A stretch of 57,549 nt of DNA, filler included, from Sphacelaria rigidula (Eukaryota): assembly GCA_964200075.2 (NCBI GenBank). It is 4 parts of 4 records of this genome, joined end to end, with 100 filler letters (N's around TTAATTAATTAA, not from the genome) between each part and the next. Parts side by side here need not be neighbours in the genome. Positions count along the whole stretch, not along the records: positions 28,827 to 43,139 come from CAXNAA020002322.1; positions 43,240 to 57,549 come from CAXNAA020002323.1; 2 more parts are not named here. The stretch is one strand, 5' to 3'. Position 1 is the stretch's first letter. Every line of letters begins with the position of its first letter. This document shows, in pieces, positions 38,001 through 49,736 of this stretch. Both the position numbers and the translations under genes were made by a program. Below the pieces are notes generated by a model. The model searched no databases and was not told the origin of the DNA. It worked only from the letters and a program-made list of their open reading frames with translations.

Positions 38001-41000
38001 CTTTAACTCGAGAAGCAAAAGCTGAATGCATCAATTGCCGTAATATACAGCCGCATGTCAATGGGCTTACCACCTTTGGTATTCCAAGAGATACTCAGGA
38101 TGCAGGAGGTTTTATGAACTAACCCACCACCACCAAAGAATAATACCCCTGCTTGTATTATGATTTGATGGAGCGTGCCATATACGATACGAGCTGGGCC
38201 AGCCTTAAAATGGATTTGAGCTCTCAGCTATATCTCATCGACACAGACGAATCAAGCAGTGATCCACAGATCATATGCATCGTCCAATCAAGGGGAAGAT
38301 GCCCGTCTGCTCAAAATCCTGGGCTCATATTTTCTCGTTGATTAAACGCCATGCCGAGCAATTCCTATAGCGTACGGAGATAGCGTCCATACTAAAGTCT
38401 ACATGAAAATCAGTCAACCATTCAAGTCGACCAATCAATAGGTTGCTAGCATTCGCCTTCCTCTTGCAATTGGGACTTGAAGGGTAGACTGTGTTTCCGT
38501 TATTGTTTCACTACTGTATGATGGTCTATGCAAGTGCCGAGTAGAGAGGAAAGCGCCCCCTTTATGGTTTCGACTCGTGTATTCCCAGTGGATGAAACTT
38601 CCGGGTACGATCATGCTTTGTGACACAAATTTGACTGTCTTGGCGACCGATTGTTGCGACTTCACCAAATTATGGATATCACCGCCGTCCAGGGTTTGGA
38701 ATGAAATCACATTTCTTTCCAGCTTTTTACGGTTCGGACGAATCACGCCGGTTCGAATCACCAAATACACGATTTCTTAGGCCTAATTGCTCAAAAGAGA
38801 GAAAAAAATCGACCGCTGGTCAAGCAGGTCTCCACGCAACTTTTGCGCCATTCCACGTGCCTGGACTGCGCGTACCTGGGTTGCAACGCTGAAAACAAAG
38901 CTTAACGATTGATTCGTACCGTACGGATCAATTACACTAAAATCAAGTAAGTTCCGGACGAACCATTCATTCGTTCGACCCTTGCAGCTTTTGCAATGAA
39001 ATTACCTGAGATTTCCTGAATTTCGATGTTTTCAATGTTTTTATTGGAGTGAGGGCTCATCAAAATGTGCATATTTTTATTATTTCTGTTGAGGGGTCGG
39101 TGCATTGCCGGAATAGCCCTGTGAAGGGGTTGCCACTGAAACCCCTGCTTCGTCGCGGTGTTGCTCTTTGGCCGAGCCAGGTAGGATGTTGATTTCATGT
39201 CTCGGGCAACTTGTATCTTGCACAGCAGCTCGGATGTACACCGTACCGACGAACGCCTCCAGATGTAGACTCCACTAATGCACACAGTGGTCACCCTTCA
39301 AACTATATGGATTATTTGGCAGGCGATTTAATATTCTCACCTGAAACTTCTGGAATCTAGGGGCATTCGAAGAAACAGATGGTTCACGGCAAAAACGTCT
39401 GAAATTGGTGTTGTCGGGGAAAAGACGCCGTAGAAACCCTTTTCTTTGTGGGGGGGTGTCGTTACCGGTATTTGTCCAAAAACGCATTCTCGTCGGCTGT
39501 AGAGTGACAGAAGGTTAGAAACTAAAAAACTGATCCTGGATATTCGTTTACCACAACCATCGAGACTGGTTTGATCAAGCGACTGCATCGAAGAGGCAGA
39601 AGCTTGGGCTGTCTACTCGTACGAACTCCGACGACCAGTTAGTTAGCTCGTAGGTCGTTCCAAATTTTCCTCTCCGACTTTCTTCGGGTACCAATATCTT
39701 CCATCCACCAACTTGGGTGTTGAACCTTGAGCGTGACATGTCGTGGTCACTGAAAAGCGTGAAAACAACGCCTTCACCCGAAAATTGCCTATTTGAATGG
39801 TTGCTACCATAGCTTCCATGTACACCCTACCACCGAATATTTTCGGACCACGGGTGTTGGATTACGGTAAGAGGTATGTCACAGAGTAGAGGACAGAGGT
39901 GTATCATGGGGGTGAAGCGGGTTTAGTCAAGATGCAAATAACAAGGATTATATTTCAATCATAGCTTGGCCGGGGTTAATTGTCATAGCGCCCGCTCATG
40001 CGGGTGGCATTTACAGTATAGTAGTGGGCGGTCTAATTATTCAGGGGTGTTTTCGGTTTTTCCTCGCGTGCTACCCTTCGATAGAACTCGAAATTGCTAG
40101 CGTCGGTAGGTTTTGGTACAACAAACATATCATCCTCGAAACACAGTGTCCAAGTCAGGGTTAGTTGTGGTATCGGGCGATACGAGTAAATACCCCGTTT
40201 ATCAGGAGGGTGTTATTGACAGTGAAACACAGTTTTTCGGCTCAAGTGTAATGAGTACGTAGAATAAAAAAAAATGAAACTGTACGTTCCTTCACAAATA
40301 TGATCGAGACATGCTCGATTGACCAAAAATACCGAGGAGTAAGAATCTGGGCTGAAACGTGGCAGGACCCTCGATGACCGGTCAACCCGTAAGTCACTCA
40401 ATATTGAGTACAGATGATCTCCTTCTCTTGGAATGTGGAGAGGATACAGATATCTGCAGATCCCCAATGTGATAAGTGGTGGCAAGTGAAAAGAGCCCAA
40501 GAAAATCGCCAATTACAAAAAAAATAAAAAATGCCACAAAATGAGGAGTTAGACCACCCACTACTGTAGTCGGCCTTACTATTCACGGAGGTTCGAGACA
40601 GTTTTGCTGATGAAAGCTACGACGCCTACAAAAAAACAAGGGAGTCTGAGTCCGCCAGGTCGTTGCTACGTACATTTTCGGTTCATAGTGAGCACAGCTA
40701 GTACAGAGTACGGAGCAAATCTCCGCGGAATACAAGGCGTTGTGAGTGCGGTGACTGTGCTAACGGAGCCTTTGGCGGATACAGCCACAAGTGCCATGCT
40801 ATGTGATACAGACGCCGCCAAAACTCGTACCCGACCACTCAACCTATAATAGAAACTGTGCACTTATCATTGACCATACATGAAGTCTGTAGTTTCGTCT
40901 GATTTAGCGCCTATGGGCCACGAACGCATCGAATTGCCATATTCTAGATCCTACGGGACTGCCAGGCAATGTTGTCGGAACAGAAAGCCTTCGGCGTTCC

Positions 41001-42412
41001 AAGAGTTAACTCCGACTTCGAAGGATGATGCAGGATGTAATGTTTCCGCGTTCCCGGCTCCAGACCACACGCGTACACTAATGCAATTCCTCATGCCTAT
41101 TTTCGTTTCTACAGTAATCAATTATTTTCACATATCAATTCCTCTCCTCTTCTCGATGGTTGGTGTCAGCTGTGGCTCACCGCGCGATGTCGGTCATGTC
41201 TTCACCGAAGTATCCCGACTACAGAAGCATTCCGAAACGGACCCGCGAAAACGAACACTTCAGAGCCCCATCCTCGCTCCTTTAAAGCCGGCAAAATTCG
41301 TCGACAGTCCTGCAACACAACTAGCCTTCAAAACTCGCCAATCGCCAAAACCAATGAACACGTTGGCGAAGCTGGGTTGCTCCGTAAGACACCGCAGGAA
41401 GGGCTCACTCACTTGACCTACCTGGCTCAAGTCGACGTATGGCAGCGCGTCTCGGAGCTTCTTGTTCAAGGTGTACAGCACCTCAAGCCTTGCAGCGATG
41501 CACCGTCTCTTCTTGCCTGCCCAAACATTCCCATTCTCATTTCCATTCCCATTCCGCTTCTTGGCTGTGCTCGTTATCCCTTCCCCCGTCCTCTGCCCTG
41601 ACGACGGCTCTCCTTTAGTCTCCTCTGTGCCTGCATCTTCGCTGTTCCCACTTTTTCCTTCGCCGTCCGGCTCATCCAATAACTCGAAGCGAGAAACATC
41701 GAACGATGAAGTTGTGCGACCGGTGTTAGCTGTGCAGGAGAGCGGTCTTCGAGGTGGTGATTTTGTAGGAATAGACGCAGGTGGAGGCCAGAGGTAGAGC
41801 TCTCGTAAGAGGGGCTCTCGGACAAGGTCTTCCTCCGAAGGGATCATATCGTCCCACGAGCACTTGAGCAATCGGGTCGCGTCGAAATTCTTCCTTTCCG
41901 CGAACGAATTTACGTACCTGAGTCAAGTGGGGATGGGCAATACGCGTGTGAAGCGATGCAGTCGTCTCGAGGCAACGCAACACCTTGGAAGCAATAAAAC
42001 CGTGGCACGACACCAAGTCGAGTCGTGTTCGATAGGGGTATGAAAAAAATGTGCAATCAATGATGGGGGCACAAGCAGCATACCACTGAAAAAGGGAGCA
42101 GGGAGGCACACGACGTCCGCTTTCAAAATGAACAATTTGCAGGATACGCAGGGTGGTGGAAACATGAAACATCCCTTTTCCAGGCGGTTTACTCTCACCT
42201 AACAAGCGCCAACTCGTGCCGTGTGTCCCCCCCCCGGTACACCTGACGGAACCGCTCCAACTCTTCTTTCATAGCCGGTAACTCTTGAAGCCTTTCCAAA
42301 GGGAAAAATGGGGCTACCGTGCAGCTCCAGCCCCAGCGGGAGGGAAAGGGAGGTGACGGCGACTCAACCTCAACGTCCAATAAACACCGTCCTTGGAGTT
42401 GTGCCGTGATGG
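29084..42412 (-). CDS. Internal part of a HECT-domain E3 ubiquitin ligase (HERC1/HERC2-like HECT); 5' end and catalytic C-lobe are off-contig
   Basis: Phase-consistent exons 42412(start uncertain)-42199, 41917-41422, 36076-35927, 35651-35577, 35173-35042, 34826-34675, 31096-30954, 30579-30453, 30146-30053 and 29161-29084. HECT motifs: FMGERAQDAGGPYRES, LPLLIRVPNG, FVFLGKLMGHAIR, VELKPDGRNTPVTWDNRLEY, IRKGLSMVVP, LFTGDEVECMVCGKPEIDVDLL. Confidence 0.93.
31790..34530 (-). mobile_element. Decayed, 5'-truncated non-LTR retrotransposon (RTE-like LINE) in a HECT intron
   Basis: Frameshifted RT motifs CGNYGGNSLVH..IVANR, ILPEELCGYRPQR...VHRLQELGR, ILYADDAGMVSRS, RLPKR and a DWVTAAKNLGKW C-terminal motif. 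Low-complexity tail near 31790-31870. Confidence 0.85.
37131..37435 (-). repeat. Dispersed ~290-bp repeat, copy 5 (contains a 10-N scaffold gap)
   Basis: Reverse complement of copy 1; Ns at 37270-37279. Confidence 0.9.
37550..39852 (-). mobile_element. Probable decayed THAP/P-element-like transposase gene
   Basis: Fragments appear in the expected order across frameshifts and stops: VRKYSVVGC..GSYG (~39850), RYWYPKKVGEENLERPT (~39690), RGRR...LSPYA (~38460-38370), FVCVDEI*LRAQIHFKAG (~38250). The last resembles the P-transposase first catalytic motif DE.Y.K....Y.GG. Boundaries are uncertain. Confidence 0.45.
40019..40566. mobile_element. TA-flanked non-autonomous TIR element (Tc1/mariner-like MITE)
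   Basis: Left end TA|TAGTAGTGGGCGGTCTAA and right end TTAGACCACCCACTACTG|TA form an 18-bp inverted repeat with 2 mismatches, with TA on both sides. Confidence 0.65.
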
Positions 42413-43139
42413 CTGCATGTGATGCGGGGCGGTAGAAACAAAATACGATTAAGTGAGTCACAGAGGGGGAGTGCGGGGTACGTACTGATCGAGTTGATTA
42501 CATTGCATCAGTAAATTTCCGATAACTTTTTACAGGCCTACAAGATCCCTGACTGCAATCAAAACTTCCCCAGCTGACGTAATCCATGATCAAAAGTCCC
42601 GCTTCCATAAAATTACCGTGTGTCCATGGGTGATTCTCGGCCCTTGACCAAGGATTTCCGTCAACTACACTTCCCCGCGAATTTCTTTGACCGAAGAAAA
42701 ACAGCAGCCACCTAGTCCCTTCCTCCTCTTGATGGTCGGGTTCAAATCGCGTCTCTTGTGATATGCATCGATCGGTGAAATCTATTCCGCTTGCCATATA
42801 AAACAGCGTTCACAGGGTGAACTACGCCTTGAGCTACAACGAACAATCGAGAGATGCCACCGACAGAAGGTGCGCAACGCAGCCGGCATGGGTCTATCGC
42901 CAACCAGGTGCGCCGAGCAACATCGGTAAGCGAATCAAGGGCTTGCTCGCACTTGTCCCGACTAGAAGTATGCATGGCCTAATGCTCAATGCTCAGAACA
43001 GAAAACGTACTGTGCGACTGGCAAGAAGTCGCTGACAAGAGCCAGAGCTATCCCAAAATCACGTGTGTCCCCCCCCCCCCCCCCCCCCCAACCCCACCCC
43101 CCATCCACCGGCGCTCTTTTGATTTCTGAAGGGATGGCG

Positions 43140-43239
43140 NNNNNNNNNNNNNNNNNNNNNNNNNNNNNNNNNNNNNNNNNNNNTTAATTAATTAANNNNN
43201 NNNNNNNNNNNNNNNNNNNNNNNNNNNNNNNNNNNNNNN
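43140..43239. other. Artificial contig linker
   Basis: 44 N + TTAATTAATTAA + 44 N. Confidence 0.98.
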
Positions 43240-43354
43240 CAAAAGGTGGGTCAAACGTCATAAAGGTGAACAATCCGTGGGTAAAAAATCTGTTGCCATA
43301 ACATCCGGCCTTAGGTACATAATTCATTGTACACACGAATTGAGTGCGTGCCTT

Positions 43355-44166
43355 GGGCTATAGCAAATCATTTTTCGATCGAAAAGTGCGGTGGAAAACA
43401 AGAATCCCGATCTGATAGATCGCGATTTCAACCATGTTCAAAATGTACGACGATGGTTGAAATCACGACCTATCAGACCGGGATTTTTATTTTTCACCGC
43501 ACTTTCTCAAAAACTGATGTGCTGAGGCCGTGTGTTACGCCGTGTCTCAGCACATTAGTTTTGGATCGGAAAAGTGCAGTGGAAAGCAAATGTTCCGATC
43601 TGATAGGTCGTGATTTCAACCATCTTCAAAATAATATACGGTAGTTGAATTCGAGATTTCAACCATATTCAAAATAAGACAATAATAACATAGTTGGAAT
43701 CACAAGCTATCAGATCGGAGTTTTTCGCTACTACTACCGCACATTTTCGATCGAAAACTCATGTGCTATGACACGCCGTAAGACACGCCCTTGGCACAGT
43801 AGTTTTCGATCGAAAATGTGCGGTGAAAAACAAAAATCCCGGTCTGATAGATCGTAATTTCGTAATTTCAACCAACGTCGTTGATTTTGAAGAACGATCA
43901 CGATCTATTGTCAGGTCGGGGTTTTTGTTTTCCACCGCACATTTTCGGTGGAAGAGTGATGTGCTAAGGTAGGGCCCTGTCTTACCACATGGTTTTTGGA
44001 TCGAAAAAATGTGGTGGAAAACACAAATCTTGATCTGATAGGTCGTAATTTCAACCATCGTCGTTTATTTTGATGATTGAAATCATGACCTATCCTCAGA
44101 TTAGGATGTTTGTTTTCCACCGCACTTTTTCGATCGAAAACTCATGTGCTAAAAGACAGGCCCTAA
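43355..44166. repeat. Array of four tandem palindromic units (eight alternating ~75-bp half-units)
   Basis: Half-unit AGCACAT.AGTTTTCGATCGAAAAGTGCGGTGGAAAAC....CCGATCTGATAGGTCGTGATTTCAACCAT occurs forward at ~43362, 43549, 43793 and 43985, and reversed ending ~43523, 43767, 43965 and 44150. Confidence 0.9.
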
Positions 44167-47097
44167 GAGTCTTTACTATCGACAAAGAAACAAAATGGGA
44201 GAAGGCGTGAAATTTCGGCATTCGCCTAGGGCTCGTTATTATCTAGATCTACTGTTGCTGTTAGATATCTCATTACAGATGGTGCTAATCTCGTCGTTTG
44301 CTTGCCTTCGCCGGCAAAATAAAGGACAGGGTTATGCTACCTGCCCGTGTACATAACTGTGGTAAACATATTTCTCACAATCTCTCTGTGACACGGGGGG
44401 CAGTCGGACAGGCTAGGGCATGATCGACCGGCTCTCTCGGGATGCTGCAGCAGCACACATGAGTAAAAATATCGACTGTAGAAAGCCCCGTGCATAGATT
44501 GCAGCATGCTTGCTTTCTGTGAGTTGTATGCGCAGATACACCCAATCACACAACCAGCTATACACTGTTCAGACGGTGCGGTAGCATACCCTCGTAGCAG
44601 CACTGCAGGAAAGTAGGTGGCTACTGGATCGTTTCTGCTCTTCGCTTCGAAAGTCCGTATACAACGACGACCACCGTGCTTGGCCCCAACAGCTCCAACA
44701 CCGCTGCCCGGGCGTACACCGTCTAAGGAGACAGATACCGCCAACCCGCGGTGCTTTTTACTGTACGACATAGCCCAGGGTGTCACTAGCAAGGTTCCTG
44801 GTGATTTTCGCATGCTTGCGAGCGCCGCGGCGTGCGCCAATGGCAGCTCTGCGGAGTATCGTGCTGGGGTCCGAAATATTAGGCATTCGCCAAACGTGGT
44901 AGGTGTGCCGGAATCTTTTTCGGGCACCTTTGGTCAAATAAAAAATACTGCGTGTGTACATGAGCAAGGGTCTGCGCGGGAGATGTGCGTGAGTGGCTGG
45001 GTGTCTACGCGTGATGGGGGAGCTCAGCAGTGCGCAGGTGTCGTGTTTCCTTCCGGGGTCTTTTTGTACCAGCACCTGTAAGGAATTATTGGACCAACGA
45101 CCACTGCAAGAACCGCCGCATCTTTGAGTCTGATGCAAGATCTGGCACGGTTACAACACGCGGTGTCTCGTTTATTGACTCTCCCTACGTCAGCACCGCA
45201 CTGTACCCTACCGTACCGCACATTACAGGCAAGTCGATACCAAAGGAAAACAAACGAGCACCGAGAGAAGGCGAGCTGCTCTCCTCTTCAGCTGGCCGTG
45301 GGTGAAAATGTCATTGTCAACTTCCGTCTTGTTTCAATTCAAGCGTGTACTTCTTCGATGGAAATCACATATCTGCAGTACTCGTATCGTAGCGTACAAA
45401 TCAAGATACGGCATTCGCGCGTCAGTAGAGAGTATCAACTCGCGACAAAAAGTCAAAGCACTTGGGTTTAGTGAGGAAGATCTTGTCGGGATTTTCACGG
45501 CAGCTCGCGCAGTCCAAACAAACGCCTGGCTCATCGTGCGCAGAATCTTGGCAAAACGCATTTTGGCATGAATCGGCAGGACCCGACTTCAGCTAAAGCA
45601 ACGCCCTGAAATTGTTATCGCATGAGTCCCCCTTGCCCGAAGGTACTCGATCTCTCTACTGTTGGAGTGTAGGTTGAATTTAACTTTATGGCTTGGCAAA
45701 AAACAAATAAGTAAAGATCAACGGTAGCCAGAGGACCGAATCAATCAAGCATCATCAACCGATGCAGGTCCGCAAAAAGATTTACGTCTACCGATGCATG
45801 GTAGACTCGTGTCGTGCAAACTCCCATACTCATGAGATTGAGACATAGCATACCTTCACGGGCCCCCTTGTTACCCTGTGGCGGCCAGCACAAGGGAAAG
45901 ATTCAGCAGGCGAGACGAACAACTCCCCGGTGAATCCCGGCGGCTCTCTCCGGTCTGTCGGCGCGGAACCCGTGCTTCGCGCCCACTCATCACTCTTGCT
46001 GCGGGCTCTCTCGCGCACAGAAACCGTTGCCTCCCTGTTCACCTCCCGCACAGACTTCATGGCGTCACGATCTGTGGAATCAGATCCACCAGATGAAGAA
46101 TCTTCGCAATATGTGACAGTCACCTCTCCTCAAACCCGATACGCGTTCCCGCGAGAGGTGCCTCCGCTGCTGCACGTGGGTTCACACGAGGTTCACACAT
46201 CATGACATGTGAATGTCCTATCGATATATTGGAACATGATCAAGGCTTGTGTTGTCAGTGAAATATGATGGTTATTGTTTAGACTGGGAATGCAAAATGG
46301 CACGGGTTGTAAGATGGCAATATCGAAACCAGCCAAGCTCGGCTGGAGCGCCGGCGCGCTGTGGCCGCTTGTGGCGATCGAAGGTAGATATATAACAGTG
46401 TCCGTATAGGTCGTGAATGCTGTGTGAAATTTCGGAGTTAGGTCATGGGGCAACACAGAACTGCACCCCGCGTACTCTACAGCTGAACTGCAGAATGCAT
46501 CATAATATGCAAAAACATGCACAACCGTGCGTTCACAGACGACAGCTTATACCTCGTAAAATGTTCGTATATGGATGGCTTCAAGTGCTCCCTTCACCGT
46601 CCCGACGCGATCACCGCTCGTTGTGACCCCCACACATCACGGCCCAATATTGCATGTACTGGTCGTCGTGGCCCATCCATTAACGAACATGGTCATGACA
46701 CAAGATTTGCGCGTGGCACCGACATTTGAACCTCAAACCTGCCGAGTTTCATGTATCATAGACGTTGCCCCTGCATCGAAGATAACTGTTCAGAACTCCT
46801 CCAGGTCTGCCTAACTCACGTCCACCTAGCGTTTTGGACGCTCACGAGGTTACAGCAGCCGCCCGCCACTTTCATTGTTGTAACTGTCCCATGTCCAACA
46901 GGAATGAGCCATGCTACGATTGGGGGGGTGGGGGGGGGGGGGGGGGGGGAGGCGGGGGGGGATTCCAAAAATGGGCTCATGAGTGTGTCCGACAACCAAA
47001 CACACTCGCGATGGGCTTGCATTTGGGTAAATGTTCTGTTGATCAGTATGACTGGGCGTTATTTATCGATAACAAGCACGTGCCGTACACACCAGTC

Positions 47098-47348
47098 GCC
47101 CCGGTTGCTCATTTGGTAACCTCAAATCCTTCTGACGCTTGGGTCGCAGGTCCAAATCTCGGAGCGATCTGGGATTTTTATCTCACACAATGCCCAGCAG
47201 TGGAGAGCGACCATGTCGTGAGTACACAAAACTCGACTCAATGGTCGACGAGGGGAAGGGACTACTCTATACTGCACCCCTCACGCGAAAAAAAAGAAGG
47301 CAAGCACCGCTAAAGGAAGGTAGCGAACTGTAAGAAAGAAAAGAGAAA
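47098..47348 (+). mobile_element. Probable tRNA-derived SINE
   Basis: A-box-like TTGCTCATTTGGTA (~47104) and B-box-like GGTCCAAATC (~47150) at tRNA spacing, followed by an unrelated body and an A-rich tail. No intact cloverleaf. Confidence 0.55.
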
Positions 47349-48491
47349 ATGTGTGGACCTCCCTCCTGTGTGGCCCCAACTGGTGCGCCCACATCTACCG
47401 AAAGTTGAAGACCGGTGTCCAGAATAGATAAGACAACACATAATACGCAACAAGCGTGTTCGAACCGCCGATGCTTTCAACGACAATTTGAAGTGGAATT
47501 CCGTGGAAGAAACGACCAAAAATAATCCCCCCCCCCATCGGAGCATGACGTAACAGCTCCCCAGCGGAAGATAGGCTTTCTTTTTCGATCTCGATCCAGG
47601 CAGCAGCACGGGCAACAACGACGCCCTTCCAACTACACGCCAATAACCATTCCCCCTATTTGAAAGAAAGGTCGTTATGGGCGAAACCAAACGAGGGCGG
47701 CGAGGGGAGATACCCCCCCGAGACAAGAGACAACGGCGATAGCATATACTACAAAAAAAGTCTGGAGGACCTTTGAAGCGCTTTGTTCCTCATCATATAG
47801 AGCGGGGGGCGGGGGGTTGATGGCCCCTGCAGACAGGGGGGAAAGTGGTACATTGCACCCTGTTATTTTCCTGTACTGTTCACTGGTTTGTCTTGGGGAT
47901 TTCTCCCGACACACGCATCAGCAACCTGTGTGTACGATAATACGTACAAATGAAACTCACGCGCCCCCTGACGACGCAAATAGAAACTCCGCAAGCGTTC
48001 CGTGAACATCGAAAGCGCCATCCCTAACTTCCAAATACGCGTGTATGTGTCGACAAGAACTCCCACCCCATCGAGCAAAAACGCCTGAAATATCAAAACT
48101 TGAAATAACACAGATTACTAAAATTATTTCATTTTCAAGAACTTTCGTTCAACACTCCTATTACAACAGTCTCGAAAAGCCCACCCCTGTCGTGAAGCGC
48201 TGAGCTAAACATGAGTAAAACAGAAAAGATTGTGCGAAACGTATCCATGCATCATTACAACTGCGTCTCAAACGGTGCAAATACGACATCGCAAACGCAA
48301 CATGACCCTCGTGGTTGCCCTTTCCCCCCCCAAAAAAACTACCGTACGACTCGCGCGCATATTTTTAGTATGAAGCATCAATCATTTCATTTTTGGTTTG
48401 GTGTACTGTAGTATTGGGCGTATGTGTAGATACGACCACATAAAATAGAGAACGTCCCACGAGTGCCGGTCGAGGAATTCACCACTTCATA

Positions 48492-48700
48492 TTGGCGACA
48501 CCAGTGAGATAACTAGTACGGTACGCTTCATGCGCAAAAATCTCGGGTTCAAATCCCGCCCGGCTCCCATCAACACGACAAAGAAAAGAAATTCCGAACG
48601 TATGCGGGCAACAAAAGTCGTGAAATTGGTGGTGGACAAGGAACACTGGCGGCGATTTCGGGTAGCAAGCAAGCAGAGTACACAACCCCACGGGAAGATC
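48492..48700 (+). mobile_element. Possible tRNA-derived SINE (second family)
   Basis: Strong B-box GGGTTCAAATCCC at ~48545 with a degenerate A-box ~40 bp upstream. The 3' limit is uncertain. Confidence 0.4.
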
Positions 48701-49164
48701 TCGCGCAGATATTGTTACTATAGCTTGGCAACCCAACACACGCAAGAGCAGTGTGAAAGAGAAGGTGCACAGTATCCGCTCCGCCAGCCGGCGCAAAAGA
48801 TTCACCTCTACAAAACTCCACTTCGTTCGTCAAAGAACGTACGGAGTAGCTCATGAAATGTGGGGTGATGTGAACACTACCGCATGAGAGGGAGAAATCC
48901 CCACAGGTTTCCGTCGAGGACAATCACCTCTCCACAGATTGATGCAAATATTTATATACTGTATACGAAATCTAGGGTCTCCCCCCGCCGCTGAATTGTC
49001 CCGATCCCCCATGCACGCTAACTTACGCTGCAACGCTCCATACTTCAGCTGAAAACCTCCTCAGACAGGCCATCATCTAATGAACATACGTGAGCCATCA
49101 TCTAATGGACACACGTGATTCCCATCGAACACGTTTCCCAGCAGCCCGGACGGTACCAGTTTTA

Positions 49165-49360
49165 CAAGGGTAGGTCGAGTAGAGTATACTCGATTGTGGG
49201 GTATTTTGAAAGTCGTACGCAAATTGAGGGTTGGGTTTCAGGAATCGCTTCCCAGCTATTTTTTGGGTACGACTCGCAACATTCTACCCTGACTTGAGTA
49301 TCCCAAGTACGTCTTTCAAAATACCCCGAAATTGAGTATACTCTACTCGACCTGCCCTTG
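49165..49360. mobile_element. 196-bp MITE with ~48-bp TIRs and 8-bp TSD (hAT- or P-type)
   Basis: TIR CAAGGG(T/C)AGGTCGAGTAGAGTATACTC(G/A)ATT..GGGGTATTTTGAAAG at both ends. Perfect direct repeat CAGTTTTA at 49157-49164 and 49361-49368. Confidence 0.93.
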
Positions 49361-49736
49361 CAGTTTTATACTCCGCTTCAAGCCTAAGTAGTTCACACAT
49401 TTCACTCATGGCCGTAGTTCTCAATCACCGACGACTTCGCTCACCGCCTAGCACAGCACAATTACAGTTATGGCAGCAGTCCAGGCGCCCTCCTCTATGA
49501 TTATAACCAGACCGAGAATTAAAAAAAAACGAACTGTGTCACGAACTGGCCCTTCTTTAGTCTACATGTGCAAAAAAAAAGCGAGCTGCGAACACACCAC
49601 CGCCATCGCGGGGGCAAGTGGTGCTGGGGGGAAACAAATGAAAAAAAAGTTCATCATCCTGGAAGATTATCGCTCACGTTCAAACGAAAACCGCCTGGAA
49701 AACGTTATTTTCCATGAATGATCTACCATCAACTTA

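Noticed and set aside
42742..42975. Additional upstream HECT-gene exon
   Set aside because: The frame is open and there is a possible acceptor, but no convincing donor or phase link to the next exon.
47098..47170. Functional tRNA gene
   Set aside because: Only degenerate A/B boxes are present, with no pairing acceptor or anticodon stems. Treated as a SINE head.
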